Positions 1 to 6,895 of a stretch of 7,960 bases of DNA are shown piece after piece. The stretch is from the NCBI GenBank assembly GCA_000004985.1, contig GG739099.1; one strand, given 5' to 3'. The stretch's first letter is position 1; each line of letters starts with the position of its first letter. Source of the DNA: Naegleria gruberi. Taxonomy: Eukaryota. A model generated the notes under the pieces. That model had not been told where the DNA came from. It saw only the letters and a program-made list of their open reading frames with translations, and made no database searches. The position numbers and the translations under genes are program-made.

Positions 1-12
1 TCAAAATTTCTC

Positions 13-777
13 TCAAGAGTCAGGTTCACATCCTGGACAGATATTATCTCTTTGTGGTGCAACTCCAAACTTTTCGACATGTTGAGTAAATTTCAAATAA
101 TGGTCAATAAATGATTTTTGATAAAGACCTCCAGGATAAATGATATCTCTATAGAGATCGAATGGAGAGCTTACTGATGCAACTGCAACCAAACTCTTGT
201 GATTCAATGAAACTAAGAAATCACTAACCATTCCATCATACGAAATACCTGTTGATACAATCTTTCCATTACTGAATTTTTGCTTTACAACCCAATCCAT
301 AATTTCTCCAAAATCTTGAACTTCATCTCTATGAAAATCATAAGGACGACTTCCAAAACTTGCACCAGTACCTCTAGTATCACATGAAACCACAGCATAT
401 CCTCTGGCAACAAACTTCTTGAATGGAATGCCTCTAATACTGAGCTTTTCTCCAAACAAGTAATTGAATGGAAAATTCACTTTAAATGATCTATTATATC
501 TAGTAATATGCAAAAGAGTTGGTAATCTATGATTTTCATTCACTGCTCTATAAGGTAAATACAAATCACAGGCAATCTTTACACCATCCCTCATTGTTAA
601 ATATTCATCACTAAAAATTGTTCCATCATTTTCATACAACATTCGGGGAAAGTAATTCTTTGATCGGAATGTTGGACAATCACTGCCAAGCACACCACAA
701 CAACTCACGATCAACAATCCCAAAACCAAATACAATACAAAATTCATAACATTTCCTTGTGAATTGTTTTTATGCAT
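13..777 (-). CDS. CocE/NonD-family alpha/beta hydrolase (peptidase S15, X-Pro dipeptidyl-peptidase-like), N-terminal part with signal peptide. The 3' end lies beyond the window start.
   Basis: 254-aa ORF on the minus strand with no stop before the window edge. The N-terminus MHKNNSQGNVMNFVLYLVLGLLIVSCCGVLG is a hydrophobic signal or anchor. An alternative start is the Met at 747. The motifs MRDGVKIACDLYLP, GYAVVSCDTRGTGASFG, DEVQDFGEIMDWVVKQKFSNGKIVSTGISYDGM (GxSxG nucleophile elbow) and SSPFDLYRD…YPGG are collinear with the Rhodococcus cocaine esterase CocE N-terminal hydrolase domain (MRDGVRLAVDLYRP / GYAVVIQDTRG / GNVGMFGVSYLG / ADLYRAPWYGPGG). Confidence 0.85.
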   Translation of the reverse strand: MHKNNSQGNVMNFVLYLVLGLLIVSCCGVLGSDCPTFRSKNYFPRMLYENDGTIFSDEYLTMRDGVKIACDLYLPYRAVNENHRLPTLLHITRYNRSFKVNFPFNYLFGEKLSIRGIPFKKFVARGYAVVSCDTRGTGASFGSRPYDFHRDEVQDFGEIMDWVVKQKFSNGKIVSTGISYDGMVSDFLVSLNHKSLVAVASVSSPFDLYRDIIYPGGLYQKSFIDHYLKFTQHVEKFGVAPQRDNICPGCEPDS

Positions 778-1059
778 TTTTTTTTAATTTTTGATATTTC
801 ATTAAAGAACTTAAACATTTGAAAATCTAATGTGCAAGTGGCATGATTGCAAATATGAAATTCCCATTATTGAGAATGGCCTAGACCAGGCAGAGCAAAG
901 AAAACAATTCCCAATTGAACAATTTTCTGAACCGCACTCGATACAACAAACACTATTCCCATAGACGAATCTTGGGAGAATTAATGCTAAAGTTCTTGAG
1001 GTGATTGGGAGGGCAATTGCTGAATAACTCTCCTAACACACTACAATCAAGATGAACTT
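778..1059. promoter_or_regulatory. Divergent intergenic region, presumed to hold promoters for both flanking genes, between the hydrolase (minus) and the F-box-like ORF (plus).
   Basis: 282-bp AT-rich non-coding spacer between two divergently oriented ORF starts. A short motif aattccca(t/a)t occurs twice (about 849-860 and 908-918). No specific element was identified. Confidence 0.3.
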
Positions 1060-1746
1060 TTGAATCTTGTTCCTTTTGTTACAATTAAACATTTTTCACT
1101 GAAATTGTCTCATGTTACCGACACAAATCTCTCTACAAAACTAGCAGATTCCGACAATAATCCTTCGTTATGGAGCCAAATACCTAGCGAATTAATTATT
1201 CACATTGCCATGTATTGTCAATTGGGAGAGCTGGTTGGTTTTTCACAAGCAAATTCTGCACATTTGAAAATACTTTTTAATCAAGAGCCGAGAGAAAAGA
1301 AAATTGAAAAGCCTGTAAATGATGAAAGTGTAGATTTTCATTATGTTCAAACTCATATCTGGAAACCTTTAGTTTGTTTCTATTTTCCAAGATTCGAAAA
1401 GGCACTTAACATTAAGAATTGGATGCATGTTTTGAGAAGGAGAAAAGCTCACATTAAGATTCATGGTAATGATTTCAGAATTCCATCTGAAACATGGAAT
1501 GATGAAGACAAAAGTTTGAGTAGTATTAGTTTTATTGAGAATTGTGAATATATTTACAAGTGCCCATTACAATTCAGCATGTTAGAGGATACTTGGTCAA
1601 ATGAAAGTTTTTGTAAGGAGTGTAAAAAGACTGTGTATAATGTTCAAGATGTTGAGACATTCAAAGATTATTCTTCAAAAGGATATTGTGTTTCTCTGGG
1701 ATATGACCAGTTCAAAGAGGGAGAAATGTGCTACTTTGATGATTAA
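1060..1746 (+). CDS. Hypothetical protein with an F-box-like motif and a Cys-containing C-terminal region.
   Basis: 228-aa ORF. Residues about 36-72, SLWSQIPSELIIHIAMYCQLGELVGFSQANSAHLKIL, fit the F-box pattern (L..IP.EL..HI…L……KIL). The C-terminus has spaced Cys residues (CEYIYKC…CKEC…C…C). It is convergent with the PPR gene (stop TAA at 1744-1746). There is no other recognisable domain and no upstream ATG in frame. Confidence 0.45.
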   Translation: MNLVPFVTIKHFSLKLSHVTDTNLSTKLADSDNNPSLWSQIPSELIIHIAMYCQLGELVGFSQANSAHLKILFNQEPREKKIEKPVNDESVDFHYVQTHIWKPLVCFYFPRFEKALNIKNWMHVLRRRKAHIKIHGNDFRIPSETWNDEDKSLSSISFIENCEYIYKCPLQFSMLEDTWSNESFCKECKKTVYNVQDVETFKDYSSKGYCVSLGYDQFKEGEMCYFDD

Positions 1747-1932
1747 AGTAATTTCTGAACTAGTTCAGTTTCGCATTCCTAAAAACTAATTATGTTCGTT
1801 CCAAAAACGATGCCAATATCAATATTGAAAATTGTCTGTTATGCTATTCCAATAACATCGATAGTTTGTAGTGTTCAGTCTTAATAACATGATTCATTTA
1901 TGCACCTATTGTCATGCTAGATCTGATCCTCC

Positions 1933-3654
1933 TTACCAATATCCGTCACAACTACATTTACCATCTTTAAAATGGTGATATCTATTTGCATCTCTAATAA
2001 TTATTTCAACATCCATCACTTTTGAAATGAATTCTGTGGCAGTATGACAATCATTGCAAACACGAAGATTTGCCGCTAAAATAATTGATTTTCTCTTTGG
2101 ATTCAAAACAAATGCATGAGCTGTTGCTGTCTTCTCAGCATGTCTACAAAGTGAATCTAATTTTTCTTCTTCAGTTAATAATTTTGAGTTAGTTACCCAT
2201 CTAGTATCTGGCTCAAAACCAGCTTGGATTATTTTTCTGTAAATCTCCTCTCTCATTTTCTCAATTTCCTTAAATCTTTCATATTTTTTTGATCCAGAAA
2301 CAAATTGGTATGATTTACCATCCTCTTCCTGATACACAATTCCTGGTATCTTTTTAATTCCATTTTCAATCATTAATTGTCTTATATTGTCAGCTTTTTC
2401 AACATTATTGAACTTTCTACATCCTGCCATTAAAGCACTCCACAAAGAATAATTCATTCTTTCGTTAATTATTTTTTCTGCCTCATGAAATCTTCCTGAA
2501 CGGGCAAAGACATCAACCATTACACAGTCTACAATTACTGATGGATTATGGTTGTATTTTGTCTTCATTTCTCCATAAAGTTGATTCGCCTCATCAATCA
2601 TTCCACAATGTGAAAATGTGTTCAGCATGATTGTGAATGTGTTCTCGTTCATTTCAACGTTCTTAGCAACCATTTCATTAAATAAATTCATGGCTTGTGT
2701 TCCTTTTCCATGTTGAGCGTAACATGACAACATGTTATTATATGTTATGATGGATAGACGTTTTTGGGCTGATTCTTCGACAAGCTTTTCAAATAGTTGT
2801 TGTGCAGTTGATTGATAAGCAATTCTTGAATAAAAGTAGATCATAACACTGACTATCTCCTCATGAACATCCATTCCTTTTAGTTTGAGTTCATCAATAA
2901 TATCCAGTCCCATCTTTCTAGCAAAATATTCTCCACATCCAGCCAACAATATGAGGTAGGTTATCTTATCTGGTTCAATATGTTCCTTCATCTCATTAAA
3001 AACCACCATTGCTTTGTTCAGTCCATATTCTATTGTAGATGGGTTTTGGGTATTTGTTGTACTTTGAATATGTGCTTGAATTAAACAATTCCAAATAGCA
3101 ACATCGTTCATTAATCCCTTTGATTTCAATTGTTCACATTCCTCAATTGAAACCTCTGGATGTCCACATTTTGTGTAAAAGTTGACAATAGATGCTAAAA
3201 GTTCAGAAGAGTGATCTTTCAAGGTGCCAGTTGCAAGTTTGTGAATTGCCTTTCCTTCTTCAAACAATTTTGAATCAGCACACGCTGTGAGTAAAATGTT
3301 AAAAGTGGTAGAGTTTGGTTCAACACCACAATCTTGCATTTCTGTGATTATTTTAATTGATTTTGGAACTTCCTTAGTTTGAATATGTGCTTGAATTAAA
3401 CAATTCCAAACAGCAACATTGTTCATTAATCCCTTCGATTGTAATTTTTCACATTCTCCAATTGACACCTCTGGATGTCCACATTTTGTATAAAAACTAA
3501 TAATTGATGTCAAAAGTTCAGTAGAGCAATCTTTAACATTTTCTATTGCTTGTTCATGAATCAATTTACCTTCTTCAAACAAATTAAAATCAGTACATGC
3601 CTTAAGTATAATAGTATAGGTTGTAGAATCAGGGTTCAATCCAAATTGTTGCAT
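1933..3654 (-). CDS. PLS-class PPR protein with DYW deaminase domain, C-terminal segment. It contains two full P-L-S triplet repeats plus P2-L2-S2, a short E region and DYW, and has its own stop.
   Basis: 573-aa ORF. Motifs match the plant PLS consensus: P (VWNCLIQAHIQ…EMQDCGVEPN), L (TFNILLTACADSKLFEEGKAIHKLA) and S-like (LLASIVNFYTKCGHPEVSIEECEQL, compare YAKCG). P2 is TYNNMLSCYAQHGKGTQAMNLFNEM, compare WNAMIAGYAQHGHGKEALELFEQM. Then come L2/S2 (CGMIDEANQLYGEM…, VMVDVFARSGRFHEAEKII), an E-like region (LWSALMAGCRKFNNVEKADNIRQLMIENGIKKI) and DYW. The frame is open upstream into the N gap at 3695, so the 'M' at 3654 is an internal Met of a repeat unit. Confidence 0.9.
   Translation of the reverse strand: MQQFGLNPDSTTYTIILKACTDFNLFEEGKLIHEQAIENVKDCSTELLTSIISFYTKCGHPEVSIGECEKLQSKGLMNNVAVWNCLIQAHIQTKEVPKSIKIITEMQDCGVEPNSTTFNILLTACADSKLFEEGKAIHKLATGTLKDHSSELLASIVNFYTKCGHPEVSIEECEQLKSKGLMNDVAIWNCLIQAHIQSTTNTQNPSTIEYGLNKAMVVFNEMKEHIEPDKITYLILLAGCGEYFARKMGLDIIDELKLKGMDVHEEIVSVMIYFYSRIAYQSTAQQLFEKLVEESAQKRLSIITYNNMLSCYAQHGKGTQAMNLFNEMVAKNVEMNENTFTIMLNTFSHCGMIDEANQLYGEMKTKYNHNPSVIVDCVMVDVFARSGRFHEAEKIINERMNYSLWSALMAGCRKFNNVEKADNIRQLMIENGIKKIPGIVYQEEDGKSYQFVSGSKKYERFKEIEKMREEIYRKIIQAGFEPDTRWVTNSKLLTEEEKLDSLCRHAEKTATAHAFVLNPKRKSIILAANLRVCNDCHTATEFISKVMDVEIIIRDANRYHHFKDGKCSCDGYW
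1936..2346 (-). other. DYW-type cytidine deaminase domain, from the PG box to the C-terminus.
   Basis: PGIVYQEEDGKSYQFVSGSK (PG box, compare PGCSWIEV…HVFVAGD). HAE at 2142..2134 (HxE zinc/catalytic motif, compare HSEKLAIAFGLI). CNDCH at 2058..2044 (CxDCH). Then …RDANRYHHFKDGKCSCDGYW followed by the stop at 1933-1935 (compare RFHHFKDGSCSCGDYW). Confidence 0.88.
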
Positions 3655-3694
3655 TTCTGTGATTATTTCAATTGCTTTTTGAGGCTCATTGTTT

Positions 3695-3744
3695 NNNNNN
3701 NNNNNNNNNNNNNNNNNNNNNNNNNNNNNNNNNNNNNNNNNNNN
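3695..3744. other. Assembly gap of 50 N inside the PPR-DYW coding region.
   Basis: Run of n. Reading frames are open on both flanks (…KMKTKG | gap | NNEPQKAIEIITEMQQFG…). Confidence 0.95.
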
Positions 3745-3745
3745 A

Positions 3746-4351
3746 TCCTTTGGTTTTCATCTTTTCAAATTGATCAATAGCTATTATTGGATGTCCGCAT
3801 TTTGTGTAAAAATTAATTATACTATTGTTCAACTCTATTGTAGGATTATTGAGCACTTGACCAGATGCTTGATGCAGTAATTTACCTTCTTCAAATAATT
3901 TTGAATCAGCACATGCTTTAAGTAAAATGTTAAAAGTGGTAGAGTTTGGTTCAATACCATAATCTTGCATTTCTGTGATTACTTCAATTGCCTGTCGAAC
4001 TTCCTTATTTTGAATATATGCTTGAATTAAACAATTCCAAACAATATTGTTCATTAATCCTTTCGATTTCAATTGTTCACATTCCTTAATGGCTGTTTCT
4101 GGATGTCCACATTTTGTGTAAAAGTTGACAATAGATGCTAAAAGTTCAGAAGAGTAATCTTTCAAGGTGCCAGTTGCAAGTTTGTGAATTGCCTTTCCTT
4201 CTTCAAACAATTTTGAATCAGCACACGCTGTGAGTAAAATGTTAAAAGTGGTAGAGTTTGGTTCAACACCATAATCTTGCATTTCTGTGATTATTTCAAT
4301 TGCCTGTCGAACTTCCTTATTTTGAATATATGCTTGAATTAAACAATTCCA
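3746..4351 (-). CDS. Same PPR-DYW gene, middle segment of about two P-L-S triplet units. The frame is open into the 50-N gap on its 3' side, and a frameshift lies on its 5' side.
   Basis: Translation is WNCLIQAYIQNKEVRQAIEIITEMQDYGVEPNSTTFNILLTACADSKLFEEGKAIHKLATGTLKDYSSELLASIVNFYTKCGHPETAIKECEQLKSKGLMNNIVWNCLIQAYIQNKEVRQAIEVITEMQDYGIEPNST…TKCGHPIIAIDQFEKMKTKG, then the gap. In this frame a TAA at 4378..4376 closes it upstream, so homology resumes only from the W codon at 4351. The 'M' at 4282 used by the ORF track is an internal repeat Met. Confidence 0.8.
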
Positions 4352-5393
4352 TCCATAATACTTTTTGATATCTTTTTACATTCATTAATTGCAATATCTG
4401 GATGTCCACATTTTGTGTAAAAATTAATAATTGATGTCAAAAGTTTAAGAGAGCTATTATCTCTCAAAGTATTATTTGCAATTTTGTGAATCAATATTCC
4501 CTCCTTATATAATTTCAACTTAGCGCATGCGGTAAGCAAAATGGAGAATGTGGTAGCGTTTGGAGTAACCTTGAATTGTTTCATTTCAGTAACTGTGTCG
4601 ATGGCTTTTTGTATTTCATTTATTTGAATGTATGCTTCAACTAGACATGTAAAAGAAACAACATTCATTAATCCCTTTGATTTCATCTTTTCACATTCGT
4701 TGATTGCAATCTCTGGATGTCCACATTTTGTATAAAAATTAATAATGGATGTCAATAGTTCAACAGAGCAATTATCTTTCAAAGTGTTAGTTGTAATTTT
4801 GTGAATCAACTTTCCTTCTGCAAATAACTTGGTATTAGCACAAGCTGTTATGAGAATGTTAAAAGTTGCCGAATCTGGACAAATACCATTATCTTTCATT
4901 TCATGAATAACATCAATCGCTTTCTTAATATTGTTCTCTTGAATATATGCTTGAATTAAACTATTCCATGTTATGATTGTCATCCATTTTTGTTGTTTCA
5001 CTAATTCAATTTCTTCTATTACCAACTCTGGTTTTCTTAATTTCAATGCAAATGATATAATTGTCGTTGATAATTGAGGACTTGCTAAATTACTCTTTTT
5101 TACAAGTTGGTAAAGTGTCATTCCAACTTGAATGTTTTTCTTAACAGTGGCTGCTTTTAAAAGTGGGATATAAATTGCATAGTTTGGTTCAATATCTTTG
5201 CCTTTCATATTCAACACAATTGCTAATGCTCTTTCCAAATCATCATTCCAAATACAATTATTAATAAAGTGAGTGTATAAAAATACATTCATTGCGCCAT
5301 GTTGCTCTAATTCATTAACAATTTGTTCACAAAATTCAACTTGNGTATTACCTACAGAGCAAACTTTAAGTATGGCAGTTAATGTAAATAAAT
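4339..5393 (-). CDS. Same PPR-DYW gene, N-terminal-ward segment. It has divergent P-type motifs, then two P-L-S triplets, and ends at a premature stop created by the frameshift. The 5' end is lost in the 1.5-kb N gap.
   Basis: 317-aa ORF from the Met at 5292. The frame stays open upstream to the gap edge (…TAILKVCSVGNTQVEFCEQIVNELEQHGA-MNVFLYTHFINNCIWNDDLERALAIVLNMKGKDIEPN…); the n at 5344 falls in ACN, which is Thr whatever the base. The last S-like motif reads LLTSIINFYTKCGHPDIAINECKKISKSIMDGIV* instead of the canonical …NECEKMKSKGLMNVV…WNCLIQ. That indicates roughly 12 nt missing plus a 1-nt frame change between 4342 and 4375. Confidence 0.8.
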
Positions 5394-6895
5394 NNNNNNN
5401 NNNNNNNNNNNNNNNNNNNNNNNNNNNNNNNNNNNNNNNNNNNNNNNNNNNNNNNNNNNNNNNNNNNNNNNNNNNNNNNNNNNNNNNNNNNNNNNNNNNN
5501 NNNNNNNNNNNNNNNNNNNNNNNNNNNNNNNNNNNNNNNNNNNNNNNNNNNNNNNNNNNNNNNNNNNNNNNNNNNNNNNNNNNNNNNNNNNNNNNNNNNN
5601 NNNNNNNNNNNNNNNNNNNNNNNNNNNNNNNNNNNNNNNNNNNNNNNNNNNNNNNNNNNNNNNNNNNNNNNNNNNNNNNNNNNNNNNNNNNNNNNNNNNN
5701 NNNNNNNNNNNNNNNNNNNNNNNNNNNNNNNNNNNNNNNNNNNNNNNNNNNNNNNNNNNNNNNNNNNNNNNNNNNNNNNNNNNNNNNNNNNNNNNNNNNN
5801 NNNNNNNNNNNNNNNNNNNNNNNNNNNNNNNNNNNNNNNNNNNNNNNNNNNNNNNNNNNNNNNNNNNNNNNNNNNNNNNNNNNNNNNNNNNNNNNNNNNN
5901 NNNNNNNNNNNNNNNNNNNNNNNNNNNNNNNNNNNNNNNNNNNNNNNNNNNNNNNNNNNNNNNNNNNNNNNNNNNNNNNNNNNNNNNNNNNNNNNNNNNN
6001 NNNNNNNNNNNNNNNNNNNNNNNNNNNNNNNNNNNNNNNNNNNNNNNNNNNNNNNNNNNNNNNNNNNNNNNNNNNNNNNNNNNNNNNNNNNNNNNNNNNN
6101 NNNNNNNNNNNNNNNNNNNNNNNNNNNNNNNNNNNNNNNNNNNNNNNNNNNNNNNNNNNNNNNNNNNNNNNNNNNNNNNNNNNNNNNNNNNNNNNNNNNN
6201 NNNNNNNNNNNNNNNNNNNNNNNNNNNNNNNNNNNNNNNNNNNNNNNNNNNNNNNNNNNNNNNNNNNNNNNNNNNNNNNNNNNNNNNNNNNNNNNNNNNN
6301 NNNNNNNNNNNNNNNNNNNNNNNNNNNNNNNNNNNNNNNNNNNNNNNNNNNNNNNNNNNNNNNNNNNNNNNNNNNNNNNNNNNNNNNNNNNNNNNNNNNN
6401 NNNNNNNNNNNNNNNNNNNNNNNNNNNNNNNNNNNNNNNNNNNNNNNNNNNNNNNNNNNNNNNNNNNNNNNNNNNNNNNNNNNNNNNNNNNNNNNNNNNN
6501 NNNNNNNNNNNNNNNNNNNNNNNNNNNNNNNNNNNNNNNNNNNNNNNNNNNNNNNNNNNNNNNNNNNNNNNNNNNNNNNNNNNNNNNNNNNNNNNNNNNN
6601 NNNNNNNNNNNNNNNNNNNNNNNNNNNNNNNNNNNNNNNNNNNNNNNNNNNNNNNNNNNNNNNNNNNNNNNNNNNNNNNNNNNNNNNNNNNNNNNNNNNN
6701 NNNNNNNNNNNNNNNNNNNNNNNNNNNNNNNNNNNNNNNNNNNNNNNNNNNNNNNNNNNNNNNNNNNNNNNNNNNNNNNNNNNNNNNNNNNNNNNNNNNN
6801 NNNNNNNNNNNNNNNNNNNNNNNNNNNNNNNNNNNNNNNNNNNNNNNNNNNNNNNNNNNNNNNNNNNNNNNNNNNNNNNNNNNNNNNNNNNNNNN
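5394..6895. other. Assembly gap of 1502 N. It contains the 5' end of the PPR-DYW gene.
   Basis: Run of n. The minus-strand ORF is still open at 5393. Sequence after the gap (6896 onward) has stops in all minus-strand frames. Confidence 0.95.

Larger units (their letters stand above)
2991..4899 (-). repeat. Intragenic tandem array of about six 315-bp (105-codon) units, each encoding one P-L-S(-like) PPR triplet. Nucleotide identity between units is very high.
   Basis: Internal Met (EMQD…/EMK…) codons mark unit boundaries at 4899, 4584, 4282, 3970, 3654, 3339, 2991 and 2673. Spacings are 315, 302, 312, 316 (across the gap), 315, 348 and 318. Stretches such as 3178-3330 and 4118-4270 (aagttgacaatagatgctaaaagttcagaaga…gtaaaatgttaaaagtggtagagtttggttcaaca) are almost base-for-base identical. 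The string ggatgtcc(a/g)cattttgt recurs at about 3159, 3469, 3789, 4111, 4390 and 4725. Confidence 0.85.

Noticed and set aside
1755-1768. Perfect 14-bp palindrome ctgaactagttcag nine nucleotides after the stop codon of the F-box-like ORF.
   Set aside because: It could form a hairpin, but in a eukaryotic nuclear context it is not a terminator. It is a single occurrence in an AT-rich 3' UTR where short palindromes (containing ctag/ttaa) arise by chance. No second copy occurs in the window.
1601-1789. 62-aa plus-strand ORF overlapping the end of the F-box-like ORF in another frame.
   Set aside because: It is short, nested out of frame in a longer ORF, and has no recognisable features. It is most likely chance.
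3550-3880. Two short plus-strand ORFs (3550..3780 and 3689..3880).
   Set aside because: Both run through the 50-N gap (X runs), lie antisense to a well-supported PPR coding frame, and have low-complexity translations. They are spurious.
4342-4375. Interpreting the frame break as a small spliceosomal intron.
   Set aside because: The only GT…AG candidate is about 19 nt, below any plausible intron size. Removing it does not recreate the conserved …GLMN..WNCLIQ junction. The region is also about 36 bp short relative to neighbouring units, which points to deletion or collapse.
2991-4899. Regular roughly 315-bp periodic repeats, which could superficially suggest a CRISPR or satellite array.
   Set aside because: The period is exactly 105 codons of continuous open reading frame encoding PPR motifs. 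The units are far longer than CRISPR repeats and spacers, and there is no spacer diversity. The context is eukaryotic. This is a protein-coding tandem repeat.
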